Assembly (NCBI GenBank): GCA_963727505.1
Contig: CAVSGP010000009.1
Location: 608,001 to 672,000 of the forward strand
From: an uncultured Trueperaceae bacterium
GTDB lineage: Bacteria; Deinococcota; Deinococci; Deinococcales; Trueperaceae
Length of the DNA stretch: 64,000 nucleotides
Reading direction: 5' to 3'
Shown: in pieces, positions 11,415 to 20,676 of the stretch
Layout: the number at the start of each line of letters is the position of its first letter
How positions within the stretch are numbered: the first letter of the stretch is position 1
Position numbers and translations under genes: made by a program
The notes under the pieces: generated by a model
Databases searched by the model: none
Seen by the model: only the letters and a program-made list of their open reading frames with translations
What the model was told of the DNA's origin: nothing

Positions 11415-12575
11415 ATGCCGCTGTTCACCAAGCCCCCCGCTGTCCTGGCCCTGGAAGACGGAACCGTCTACTACGGCTACGCCTTCGGTTCCCCCGGCCG
11501 CACGGTCGGCGAAGTGGTCTTCAACACCTCGATGACGGGGTACCAGGAGATCCTGACCGACCCGAGCTACAAGGGGCAGATCGTGACCATGACGTACCCG
11601 CACATCGGCAACTACGGTGTGAGCGTCTACGACATGGAGTCGAACCGTCCCTACGCGCAGGGGTTCATCGTGCGGGAGTTCAGCCGTACCGCGTCCAACC
11701 ACCGTGCCAACCAGGACCTGCAGAGCTTCATGGAGCAGCACAGGATCGTCGGGATCGAGGGGATCGACACCCGCGCCCTGACCCGGCGCTTGCGCACGGG
11801 TGGGGTCGTGAAGGGGGTCATCCACCACGGCACCGTCGACGCCGCCCTCGAAGCCGAGCTGATCGAGATCGCACGGCAGCACCCGGATATCGATGGGCGC
11901 GACATGACGCCCGAGGTGACCACCCCGCTGCCCTACGCGCGGCCGTCGTTCAACGACCATCCTCGGGTGGTGGTGATGGACTTCGGCATCAAGCACTCGA
12001 TCGTCTACAAGCTGGAGCAGGCGGGTGCCGAAGTGATCGTCGTTCCGGCCCAGACCACGCCGGCGCAGATCATGGCGCTGGACCCGTACGGCCTGGTGCT
12101 CTCCAACGGCCCCGGCGATCCCGATGGACCCAAGTACGCGCACGACACGGTCTGGCAGTTGCTGGGCCTGCTGCCGACCTACGGCATCTGCCTGGGGCAC
12201 CAGCTGCTCGGTCTGGCCGTGGGCGGTCGCACCTTCAAGCTGCGCTACGGCCACCACGGTGCCAACACCCCGGTCAAGAACGTGGTCACCGGTGCGGTCG
12301 AGATCACCAGCCAGAACCACAACTACGCCGTGGACATCGATTCGATCCCCGGGCGCCAGTTCGTGGCCACCCACATCAATCTCAACGACGGCACCCTGGA
12401 GGGGATGGCGCACCAGCGCTACCCGGTCTTCAGCGTGCAGTACCACCCCGAGGCGAGCCCCGGACCCCACGACGCCAACTACCTGTTCCAGCGCTTCATC
12501 CAGGAAGTGAACGCCTTCGAGGGGGCCACGGCCCTGCCGGCGGCCGGCGAGCAGACGCTCACCGGCATGCTCTGA
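11415..12575 (+). CDS. carA: carbamoyl-phosphate synthase small subunit
   Basis: [38 protein letters not shown]. Confidence 0.97.
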   Translation: MPLFTKPPAVLALEDGTVYYGYAFGSPGRTVGEVVFNTSMTGYQEILTDPSYKGQIVTMTYPHIGNYGVSVYDMESNRPYAQGFIVREFSRTASNHRANQDLQSFMEQHRIVGIEGIDTRALTRRLRTGGVVKGVIHHGTVDAALEAELIEIARQHPDIDGRDMTPEVTTPLPYARPSFNDHPRVVVMDFGIKHSIVYKLEQAGAEVIVVPAQTTPAQIMALDPYGLVLSNGPGDPDGPKYAHDTVWQLLGLLPTYGICLGHQLLGLAVGGRTFKLRYGHHGANTPVKNVVTGAVEITSQNHNYAVDIDSIPGRQFVATHINLNDGTLEGMAHQRYPVFSVQYHPEASPGPHDANYLFQRFIQEVNAFEGATALPAAGEQTLTGML

Positions 12576-12587
12576 CCCGCCGGACCC

Positions 12588-13010
12588 TCAGTTGACGACC
12601 CGGGTGGGCGCCTGCCGGTTCTTGCGCCAGCGCACCAGCAGGTAGGCGGCGAGGCCAACCGGCCCCAGCAACCACGTGAGAATCACGAACGGCGCCGCGG
12701 CGATCGACCAGTAGCGGGCGTCCCGGAAGATCCACACCCCCGTGAACAGCGACAGCGTGCTGAGGTCGGCCACTGCCAGCACCACCCCCCAGTCGCTGGC
12801 CAGCAGTGCCCTGGCATCGTGGAGCGTGAGGCTCGGCACGCCGGTGGAGAGCAGGGCGCCGACCAAGGGCGCCAGAGCGACGGCGCCGAGCGCGACGAAG
12901 GGCCACGGCGACTGCACCGCCGCGATGGTGAAGCGTCGACGTGGGAAGAGCAGCATCGCGCCCCACAGCAGCAGCGGCGCGAGCACGAACAGGTTGAACA
13001 GGCCATCCAT
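12588..13010 (-). CDS. ABA4-like (DUF4281) membrane protein
   Basis: Four TM helices; LFTGVWIFRDA and LTWLLGPVGLAAYL pattern. Confidence 0.6.
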   Translation of the reverse strand: MDGLFNLFVLAPLLLWGAMLLFPRRRFTIAAVQSPWPFVALGAVALAPLVGALLSTGVPSLTLHDARALLASDWGVVLAVADLSTLSLFTGVWIFRDARYWSIAAAPFVILTWLLGPVGLAAYLLVRWRKNRQAPTRVVN

Positions 13011-13054
13011 GCGGCGAGTGTACCGTTGGCGGCCGGGCACGGTCAGGCGGGCCC

Positions 13055-13069
13055 GTTATGCAACCGTGA
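13055..13069 (+). promoter_or_regulatory. putative OmpR-family direct-repeat box GTTA-N7-GTGA
   Basis: 11-bp-spaced half sites upstream of the regulator gene, resembling the box at 15267-15291. Confidence 0.4.
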
Positions 13070-13095
13070 CAGACGCATGGCACACTGGACGCAGC

Positions 13096-13800
13096 ATGGG
13101 CGGCGAACGCATCCTGCTCGTCGAGGACGACCGCGACATCGCTCGGGTGGTCGAGCTCCACGCGGCCGATCTGGGCAACGAGGTGGTCTGGACCCCGTCG
13201 GGCGAGGAGGGGCTCGAGCTGGCGCTGTCGGGCCGCTTCGCGTTGGTGGTGCTGGACCTGATGCTCCCCGATCTCGACGGCCTGGAGGTGTGCCGGGCGT
13301 TGCGTGCGAAGCGCCCGGAGGTGCTCATCCTGATGCTCACGGCGCGCTCCTCGGAGCTCGACCGGGTGGTCGGGCTCGAGCTCGGGGCCGACGACTACCT
13401 CGGAAAGCCCTTCGGCGTGCGCGAACTGCAGGCCCGCATCAAGGCGCTGCTGCGGCGCAAGCGCGACGCCTTGCAGGCAGAGCAGGCGCCGCGGAACGTC
13501 CGCGTCGGCGAGCTCGAGATCGACGCCCGCGCCCGCGAGGTTCGGCTGGCGGGTGAGCCGGTCCACCTCACGGGTCGAGAATTCGACTTGCTGGTGCAGT
13601 TCGCTCGCAACCCGGGGCGGGTCTACAGCCGGGCGCAGCTGCTCGACCTGGTGTGGGGCCAGGGGTTCGACGGCTTCGAGCACACCGTGAACTCGCACAT
13701 CAACCGTCTGCGGGGCAAGATCGAACCCGACCCCACCCAGCCGCGCTACATCCACACCGTGTGGGGCGTGGGCTACAAGTTCGTGGCGCCCGAGGCGTGA
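13096..13800 (+). CDS. OmpR/PhoB-family response regulator
   Basis: ILLVEDD, LDLMLP, GADDYLGKPF, winged helix HTVWGVGYKF. Confidence 0.95.
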   Translation: MGGERILLVEDDRDIARVVELHAADLGNEVVWTPSGEEGLELALSGRFALVVLDLMLPDLDGLEVCRALRAKRPEVLILMLTARSSELDRVVGLELGADDYLGKPFGVRELQARIKALLRRKRDALQAEQAPRNVRVGELEIDARAREVRLAGEPVHLTGREFDLLVQFARNPGRVYSRAQLLDLVWGQGFDGFEHTVNSHINRLRGKIEPDPTQPRYIHTVWGVGYKFVAPEA

Positions 13801-13807
13801 CGCGCGC

Positions 13808-15316
13808 GTGAGGACCCTCCACGCACGGTTGATGCTGGTGCTGGCGCTCACGCTGGTCCCGGCGGGTGCGGCGCTGCTGGCTCTGACGGTCCGGAGCGCC
13901 CGCGCCTACTACCAGGAGGTCACCCAGCGGCAGAACGCCGGTGTGGCCGCCAACCTGGTCTCGCAACACGACCTGATGATCGGCCACGACGTCGACCGTC
14001 AGAAGCTGGCGGACGTGGCCAAGAACCTGGCCATGACCAACCCGGGGGTCGAGGTGTACGTGCTCGACCCCGCAGGGCGCGTGCTTGCCGGCAGCATCGC
14101 GGCGGGCCAGCGCAGCCGGGAGTCGGTGGCGCTGGGGCCGGTCGAGGCGTTCCTGCGCGGCGACCCGCGCTTCCCGCTGCTGGGCACCGACCCGAGGAGG
14201 GGGGACCGGACGGTGTTCTCCGCCGCGCCCCTCGCCGGCGGCGGTGGGTACCTGTACGTGGTGCTCACCGACGAGCTGCGGACCGGGATCATGCGGGAGG
14301 TCCAGGGCAGTACCGCGTTGCGCGTCGCGATCTACGGCAGCCTCACCGTCCTCGCCCTGGTGTTGCTGGGGGGCGCCCTGTCGTTCTTCCTCCTGACGCG
14401 GCGACTCAGGCGCCTGCAGCAGGCCATGACCGCCTTCCGGAGTGCGGGCGGGACGCCGGACGCCGCCCTGCTGGCGCCGGTCGCGCAGCCGCGCGACGAG
14501 ATCGACGCCCTGCGCAACGACTTCGTCGCGCTCACCGTCCGTATCGGCGAGCAGGTGGACGCGCTCAGGCGGGCGGACCGGGTGCGCCGCGAGCTGGTCA
14601 CCAACGTGTCGCATGATCTTCGAACGCCGCTCGCCGCGTTGCGGGGCTCGCTCGAGACGCTGCTGCTCAAGGGGGAGAGCCTTCGCGATGACGAGCGCGC
14701 CGACTTCCTGATCACAGCCCAGGCGCAGTCGGAGCGACTGGGGCGCCTGATCGACCAGCTCTTCGAGCTGTCGCTCCTCGACGGCGAGGCGTCGCCGTTA
14801 CAGGCGGAGGACTTCCCGCTGGCCGAGCTGCTCTCCGACGCGGTGCTGAAGGAGCGCCCGCGCGCCGAGGCGGCGGGCGTGGCGCTGAGCGTCGAGGCGC
14901 CCGACAACCTGCCGTTCGTTCGCGGCAACCTCGGTCTGATCGAACGCACGCTGCTCAACTTGCTCGACAATGCGCTCCGGCACACACCGCCGGGAGGGGC
15001 GGTGCGTGTGAGCCTCCGAGCTGGCGAGCGCGGTCACGTGGTGGTCGAGGTCAGCGACACGGGTGAGGGGATCGCGCCCGAACACCAGCGACGCATCTTC
15101 GAGCGCTTCTACCGGGTCGGGGGCGGGTCCCGTACCGACGGCGGCGCCGGACTCGGTCTCGCGATCGCCGCGCGGGTCGTGGAGCTGCACGGCGGCACCC
15201 TGGCGGTCGACAGCCGGCCCGGGGAGGGGAGCCGCTTCCACTTCGATCTCCCGGCGGCGCCGTCCCGTGACCGTTCGGTGAACGATCGTGATGGGGGCGC
15301 CAGACCCGTTCCCTAG
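13808..15316 (+). CDS. sensor histidine kinase (2 TM, HAMP, HisKA, HATPase)
   Basis: SHDLRTPL, NLLDNALRH, DTGEGI, GLGLAI. Confidence 0.95.
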   Translation: MRTLHARLMLVLALTLVPAGAALLALTVRSARAYYQEVTQRQNAGVAANLVSQHDLMIGHDVDRQKLADVAKNLAMTNPGVEVYVLDPAGRVLAGSIAAGQRSRESVALGPVEAFLRGDPRFPLLGTDPRRGDRTVFSAAPLAGGGGYLYVVLTDELRTGIMREVQGSTALRVAIYGSLTVLALVLLGGALSFFLLTRRLRRLQQAMTAFRSAGGTPDAALLAPVAQPRDEIDALRNDFVALTVRIGEQVDALRRADRVRRELVTNVSHDLRTPLAALRGSLETLLLKGESLRDDERADFLITAQAQSERLGRLIDQLFELSLLDGEASPLQAEDFPLAELLSDAVLKERPRAEAAGVALSVEAPDNLPFVRGNLGLIERTLLNLLDNALRHTPPGGAVRVSLRAGERGHVVVEVSDTGEGIAPEHQRRIFERFYRVGGGSRTDGGAGLGLAIAARVVELHGGTLAVDSRPGEGSRFHFDLPAAPSRDRSVNDRDGGARPVP

Positions 15317-15319
15317 GCT
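15267..15319 (+). promoter_or_regulatory. three GTGA direct repeats plus TAGGCT -10 box upstream of the spondin-like gene
   Basis: GTGA at 15267, 15278, 15288; TAGGCT at 15314-15319. Confidence 0.5.
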
Positions 15320-15333
15320 CGAGCTCGAAAGGG

Positions 15334-16290
15334 GTGAGAGCCTTGAGGAGAGTTCTGTTCAGTCTGTCGATGGGCATGGTCATCGCCGCGCTCACGGCGG
15401 CGTCGGCCCAGGATTCGATGGCGATGGGGGCGCACACCGTATCGGTCACCATCACCAACACCACCTCGCATCAGACGTTCAGTGCCCCGGTCCTGCTGGC
15501 GCACGACGCCAGCTACCAGCCGTTCGCGCTCGGGCAGCCCGCATTGCCGGAGCTGATCCCGCTGGCGGAGGACGGCATGACGCACGACTTCGAGACCGTC
15601 GCCAAGGTCGAGCCGTCGATCCTGGACTACGCCGTCGCCAAGGCGCCGCTGGCGCCCGGCCAGAGCGTCACGCTGCAAGTGCGCGTGGACGACGGGCACC
15701 AGTTGCTGTCGGCGTTCGGCATGCTGGTGACGACCAACGACGCCGTCTTCTACTACGGCAACGACCTGTCGATGTCCGACCTGTCGATGTCCGGGGACGC
15801 GGGCGGCTCCGCCATGGCCTCGGGCTCCGACTCGATGGGTTCGTCCGACAGCATGGGGTCGTCCGACAGCATGGGGTCTTCGGATGCCATGGGTTCGTCG
15901 GACAGCATGGGTTCGTCGGACAGCATGGGGTCTTCGGATGCCATGGGTTCGTCCGACAGCATGACCTCCTCCGATAGCATGGCTTCGTCCGACAGCATGG
16001 GGTCCTCGGACGGCGGCATGGGAGCGAGCGACATGGCGGGCGACGCCATGAACGCGCACGTGGACCTCTACGACGGCACCGTGCGCGTCCTGGACGCCGG
16101 TAGCGAAGCGAACACCGAGTCCTGCAGCGACGTGCCCGGCCCACCGTGCAACAGCGTGGGCGTGCGCCACCCCAACATGGCGGAGGGCGCCGTGGCCCTC
16201 CACAAGGGTCTCACCGGATCCGGCGATCTCGACCCCGCGGTCTACGGCTGGCACGATCCCGTCGCAACGGTGGAGGTGTCGACGCCCTGA
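15334..16290 (+). CDS. secreted spondin_N-like protein with inserted Met/Ser/Asp repeat
   Basis: Signal peptide; VTITNTT..Q.FSAP, LAEDG, MLVTTNDA, DAGSEAN motifs. Confidence 0.8.
   Translation: MRALRRVLFSLSMGMVIAALTAASAQDSMAMGAHTVSVTITNTTSHQTFSAPVLLAHDASYQPFALGQPALPELIPLAEDGMTHDFETVAKVEPSILDYAVAKAPLAPGQSVTLQVRVDDGHQLLSAFGMLVTTNDAVFYYGNDLSMSDLSMSGDAGGSAMASGSDSMGSSDSMGSSDSMGSSDAMGSSDSMGSSDSMGSSDAMGSSDSMTSSDSMASSDSMGSSDGGMGASDMAGDAMNAHVDLYDGTVRVLDAGSEANTESCSDVPGPPCNSVGVRHPNMAEGAVALHKGLTGSGDLDPAVYGWHDPVATVEVSTP
15823..16020 (+). repeat. 18-bp tandem repeat, about 10 copies, encoding SSD(S/A)MG
   Basis: tcgtccgacagcatgggg-type units visible directly. Confidence 0.95.
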
Positions 16291-16539
16291 CCGGGAGGTC
16301 GGCTTGATTCCAGTCCCGTGACGTCGGTTCCGCGGTCGGATCCCCGGACGCCGTCCCTCGCACCTCGCACCGAACGCTCCGGCCGGAGCGGCCCCTGTGC
16401 CGCACCGGCCGGAGCCAACTCCGGTCGGGAGCGCATCCGACCGGTTGGGGGCCGGCGTCGGATCGGGGTCTTCGGCACAAGCGGAGGCAGCGTGGGGGAG
16501 CGCAGCACGCGTCCCCCGGGGGCCCGCACGGCATCTCTC

Positions 16540-16998
16540 TCAGCCCCGCCCGAACAGCTCCTCGCTGTCGAGCCAGAGGGTCACGGGGCCGCGGTTCACG
16601 AGCTCCACCTGCATCTCCTCGCCGAAACGCCCGGTCGCCACGGGAACGCCGGCGCCGTCGAGGGCCGCGACGAAGTGCCGGTAGAGGCGATCGGCCATCT
16701 CCGGCGGAGCCGCGTTCGTGAAGCCAGGCCGGTTGCCGCTTCGGGTGTCACCGTAGAGCGTGAACTGGCTGACGACCAGGCAACCGCCCCCCACGTCCTG
16801 CAGCGAGCGGTTCATCCGCCCGTCGTCGTCCTCGAAGACGCGGAGCTTACGCACCTTGTCGGCAAGCTTGTCGGCCACGCCTTCGTCGTCACCCGGACCG
16901 ACTCCCAGAAGCACGAGCAGCCCGTTGGCGGTTTCGCCCACCACGTCGCCGTCGATGCGGACGGACGCGCGGCTCACCCGTTGGACCAGCGCCCTCAC
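16540..16998 (-). CDS. dtd: D-aminoacyl-tRNA deacylase
   Basis: RALVQRV, SQFTL, GNRPGF, NRGPVT. Confidence 0.95.
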   Translation of the reverse strand: MRALVQRVSRASVRIDGDVVGETANGLLVLLGVGPGDDEGVADKLADKVRKLRVFEDDDGRMNRSLQDVGGGCLVVSQFTLYGDTRSGNRPGFTNAAPPEMADRLYRHFVAALDGAGVPVATGRFGEEMQVELVNRGPVTLWLDSEELFGRG

Positions 16999-17366
16999 GC
17001 CGCGCCGCCACCGGGCTCGCCGTCGCCGGGCTCGACGTCGCCGGCAGGGGCCATGGGCAGGAAGGTGTCGTGCTCGCCGGCGTCGGTGCCATCGGCTTCG
17101 AGGCGCTGGCGCGCCGTCTCGATCCTGGAGCGCAGCGTGCGAAGCGCGGTCCACAGCGTGTCGCGTTCGGTCTCACCGAGGTTCCCTGCGGTCTTGGCCT
17201 GCAGCATCTCGAGCAGGCCCAGGCTGCGCTCTGCGGCCTTGAGGCCGCGTACGCCGTCGCGGGCCGCATGCGCGCGTAGCGGCGTGTCGTCGTCTCCCAG
17301 CGCGACTTCCGCGGACGAACGCAATGCGTGGATCAGTCCCATGAACCGGGGATCAGCAGCACTCAA
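16995..17366 (-). CDS. DUF1844-like protein
   Basis: LLEMLQAKTAGNL motif; overlaps both neighbours by 4 nt. Confidence 0.65.
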   Translation of the reverse strand: MSAADPRFMGLIHALRSSAEVALGDDDTPLRAHAARDGVRGLKAAERSLGLLEMLQAKTAGNLGETERDTLWTALRTLRSRIETARQRLEADGTDAGEHDTFLPMAPAGDVEPGDGEPGGGAA

Positions 17367-17977
17367 AAGAGGCCCCCCTGGTGAGCAGTGTCGATGACGG
17401 TCGCCGGCCCCTTCGGTGGCAGCGTGTCCATGACCCTCACCAGCTCCTGCATGTCCTGCCAGGTCTGCCACTTCGGGCTCCCGCGATCGCGGCTCGGGTT
17501 CCTCAGCAGGTAGGCGGGGTGGTAGAGCGGGAACGCCCGGATGCCGTGCCAGTCGAACCACTGTCCGTGGGTGCGGGTGATGCCGTCCTTGGTTCCCAGG
17601 AAGTACTGCGTCGGCACGTTGCCCAGCGTGCCGATGATCTGCGGTCCGATCAGCTTGATCTGCGCGAGCAGCACCGGCTCGCTCGCGGCGATCTCCTCGG
17701 GCCGTGGGTTGCGGTTGCCGGGCGGCCGGAACTTCACCATGTTGGTGATGTAGATCTCGTCCCGGTCGAGGCCTACGGAGGCGAGCACGCGATCGAGCAA
17801 CTGCCCCGCGCGCCCCACGAAGGGCCGCCCCGAGAGGTCCTCCTCCTCGCCCGGCGCCTCGCCGATCAACATCAGGCGGGAGTCGGGATGCCCCTCTCCG
17901 AAGACGAGGTTGTTCGAGAGTTCGCGTAGTGCCTCGGGCCGCTCCGCTGCTTGCTGCTCCAGCTCGTCCAGCGTCAC
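17363..17977 (-). CDS. udg: uracil-DNA glycosylase, family 4-like
   Basis: GEAPG, PFVGRAG, RPPGNRNP, HPAYLLR. Confidence 0.9.
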   Translation of the reverse strand: MTLDELEQQAAERPEALRELSNNLVFGEGHPDSRLMLIGEAPGEEEDLSGRPFVGRAGQLLDRVLASVGLDRDEIYITNMVKFRPPGNRNPRPEEIAASEPVLLAQIKLIGPQIIGTLGNVPTQYFLGTKDGITRTHGQWFDWHGIRAFPLYHPAYLLRNPSRDRGSPKWQTWQDMQELVRVMDTLPPKGPATVIDTAHQGGLF

Positions 17978-18045
17978 GGACTAGTCATAACACGGGCGAG
18001 GCACGCATCCCGGACCGGCCCCGGGGGCCACCGGCGATCGGTGGC

Positions 18046-18426
18046 TCAGATCGGCGCGCTGCTCAATGGCGGCCGCTGGCTACGGACTTCGCGCCGCACC
18101 TTGGGCTCCAGTCCGATCATCAGGAAGAAGTTCTCCAGCGCGTTCTCTTCGCCCTTGATCTCCGTGAAGGTGCCGTCGTCGGTTCCCGTGACGAAGGGGA
18201 GTTCCTGATAACGGCGCAGCGCTTCCCGCACGACCTCCGACGGGCTCTGCGTCTGGGCGATCTCGGTGAGGCGGGCGTACACGGTCCTTCGCGCTTCGGC
18301 GTGGCGGCGGAAGGTCTCGGGGTTTTCGGTCTCGGCCGAGCGCAGCAGGTCCTGTTTGGCGATGCGCCGATAGTGCTTCAGTCCCCGGATGATCTCGTCC
18401 GAGCTGAGAACCACCTTGACGTCCAT
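18046..18426 (-). CDS. hypothetical protein
   Basis: SD AAGGAGAGG, host-like codon usage, MDVKVVLSSDEIIRGLKHY... Confidence 0.75.
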   Translation of the reverse strand: MDVKVVLSSDEIIRGLKHYRRIAKQDLLRSAETENPETFRRHAEARRTVYARLTEIAQTQSPSEVVREALRRYQELPFVTGTDDGTFTEIKGEENALENFFLMIGLEPKVRREVRSQRPPLSSAPI

Positions 18427-18580
18427 AGCCTCTCCTTTCGGGCGCCTCAGCGCCACAGAGCGACGCGCCGCGGCCGCGGGGGCCGTGGTTGCCGGTCGAT
18501 CGTCGTGTCGGAGTACAACAGGCTTCGCGCCCGCACGCGCGGCCTCGCGGCGGCTGCGGGCGAGCGTCGTTCCTCGTTCA

Positions 18581-18811
18581 TCAGGCCTCGATCGGGGACA
18601 TCGGCACCGGCGGCAGCTGGCCCTCGCTGCTAGCGGACTCGAGGAGGTCGCCGGTGAAGCGTTGCAGCGCGCTGAGCTCGTCGGCGTCCGAACGATAGCC
18701 GCACGCCCGACATTCCAGCTCGCTGAAGCCTTCCACGTAATGATAGGTGATGGTGTCCCGACTCCCGCATTGCGGGCAGGGAGACTGTTCGCGTCGTCCT
18801 TCTGCGTCCAC
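18581..18811 (-). CDS. small zinc-ribbon protein
   Basis: CPQC...CRAC; AAGGAG SD before GTG. Confidence 0.65.
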   Translation of the reverse strand: MDAEGRREQSPCPQCGSRDTITYHYVEGFSELECRACGYRSDADELSALQRFTGDLLESASSEGQLPPVPMSPIEA

Positions 18812-18874
18812 CAGGCCAGCTCCTTGCACCAGTCTAGCGCACTCCCTCCGGTGCCGTGCGGTAGCCGGCCAACG

Positions 18875-20530
18875 TCAGGAGGACGCTTGTCCTGGACGGG
18901 CCTGGCCGGCGTCCTCGAGGACGCCGTCGACCTGCTCGAGGAGCTCCTCGGCGTGCCGCAGCGACGTCTGGGTCACGCGGCCCGAGAGCATCCGCGCCAA
19001 CTCCTCCAGCCGCGCCCGCCGGTCCAGGCGCGCCACTCGCGTGACGGTGCGTCCCTGGACCTCCTCCTTGGCGACCGAGTACTGCGCGTCGGCGAAGGCC
19101 GCCACTTGCGGGAGGTGAGTGACGACCAGGACCTGGTGGCGTTCCGAGAGGCGCTTGAGCAGGGCCCCCACCGCGCGGGCTGTGCGCCCGCCGATCCCCG
19201 CATCGATCTCGTCGAACGCCAGCACCGGGAGCTCGCTCCCTGTGACGAGGTGGAGCGCCAGCATCACACGCGACAGCTCGCCGCCCGACGCGACGTCCGA
19301 CAGCGGCGCCAGCGGCTCACCCGGGTTGGCCACGAACAGGAAACGCACGAAGTCGCGCCCGTGAGGTCCGAGCTCTTCGGCCCGCTCCAGCTCCACCTCG
19401 AAACGCGCCTTCTCCATGCCCAGCTCTGCGAGCAGCGGCAGGACCCCGCGCGCCAGCTCGTCGCCGGCACGGCGGCGGGAGGACGTGAGCTTCTCCGCCG
19501 ACGCTGCGAGTTGCTCGCTCAGCCGCCCCGCCTCACCCTCCAGCGCCTGCGTGTCGGCGTCGGCATGCTCGAGCCGCTCGCGCTCGTGCGCAGCCTGCTC
19601 GCGGAAGGCCAGCACCTCGGCGACGCTAGCGCCGTACTTGCGGCGGAGGGCCTCGATGCGCGCCAGCCGGGCCTGCGCCGCGTCGAGGCGCGCGGGATCG
19701 GCCTGGAAGTCCGACAGGAAGCTCTCCACCTCGCCGGCGACTGCCTCCAGCGCCGTCGTCGCCTGCTCGAGGTCGCCGACGAGCGCCGCCAGCCCGGCAT
19801 CGTGCCGGGCGGCGGTGCGCAGCTCCCGCAGCGCCCCGGCCGCCCGCTCGATCGCGTTCCCTTCGGAATCTGCAAGCGCAGCGAAGGCGTGGCCGGCTGC
19901 CAGGGCGATGCGCTCGGCGTGACGCAGGCGCTCGACCTCGGCCTCGAGCCGGGCCTCCTCGGCGGGCTGAAGACTGGCGGCATCGATCTCGTCGATCTGG
20001 AACGCGAGCATGTCGAGGCGGCGAGCGCGATCGCGCGAGGCCTGCTGCAGCTCCGCAAGGGACGTGACGACCTCCCGATAGCGCCGGAACTCCGCGCGAT
20101 AGCGTTGCAGCTCTTCAACAGCGTCGGCGCCGAGCATCCGGTCGAGCTGGCGGCCCTGCGCCCGGGGACGCATGAGCTCGGTGGCGCCGTGCTGGCCGAA
20201 GATGGCGACCAGCTCCCCGCTGCGTTCCACCAGCTCTGCGACGGTCACAACCTCGCCGTCGATGCGGGCGCTGTGCCGGCCGTTGCGGCTGAGGCGCCGC
20301 GAGGCGCTCTCGAAGGGGCCGCCCTCGAACAACCCCTGCACCAGCGCGGCGTCGCGCTCCGCCCGGATGAGCGTGCTGTCGGCACGCCCTCCCGTGAGCA
20401 GCGACAGGGCGTCGACCAGGATCGACTTGCCGGCACCCGTCTCGCCGGTCAGGGCGTTGAAGCCCGGCTCGAGTTCGAGGGCGAGTGCGTCGACGATCGC
20501 GAAGTCGCGCAGCTCCAGGGTTCGCAGCAC
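18875..20530 (-). CDS. recN: DNA repair protein RecN
   Basis: GETGAGKS, coiled coil, ASGGELSR, FDEIDAGIGG, VTHLPQVA. Confidence 0.95.
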   Translation of the reverse strand: MLRTLELRDFAIVDALALELEPGFNALTGETGAGKSILVDALSLLTGGRADSTLIRAERDAALVQGLFEGGPFESASRRLSRNGRHSARIDGEVVTVAELVERSGELVAIFGQHGATELMRPRAQGRQLDRMLGADAVEELQRYRAEFRRYREVVTSLAELQQASRDRARRLDMLAFQIDEIDAASLQPAEEARLEAEVERLRHAERIALAAGHAFAALADSEGNAIERAAGALRELRTAARHDAGLAALVGDLEQATTALEAVAGEVESFLSDFQADPARLDAAQARLARIEALRRKYGASVAEVLAFREQAAHERERLEHADADTQALEGEAGRLSEQLAASAEKLTSSRRRAGDELARGVLPLLAELGMEKARFEVELERAEELGPHGRDFVRFLFVANPGEPLAPLSDVASGGELSRVMLALHLVTGSELPVLAFDEIDAGIGGRTARAVGALLKRLSERHQVLVVTHLPQVAAFADAQYSVAKEEVQGRTVTRVARLDRRARLEELARMLSGRVTQTSLRHAEELLEQVDGVLEDAGQARPGQASS

Positions 20531-20676
20531 GGCGTCCAGTATAGGGCGGGCGGGGGCGCGCTGCCGCAGCCGGACGGCAGCCGCCGAGGTTCCTGTCGAC
20601 GAAGCCGCACGCGGAAGTGCGCCGCGCGATGGGGCCGCGCGCTGGCCCGTCGCCGGGACCGCGCTAGACTCCGGAC

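Noticed and set aside
11415..12575. carA without adjacent carB
   Set aside because: Split carA/carB is common and the gene looks intact.
15823..16020. Tandem repeat as a possible CRISPR array
   Set aside because: Contiguous in-frame 18-bp units without unique spacers; no cas genes.
16300..16535. Riboswitch, SRP RNA or tmRNA in the spacer
   Set aside because: It lies between two gene 3' ends and I found no hallmark motifs of these families.
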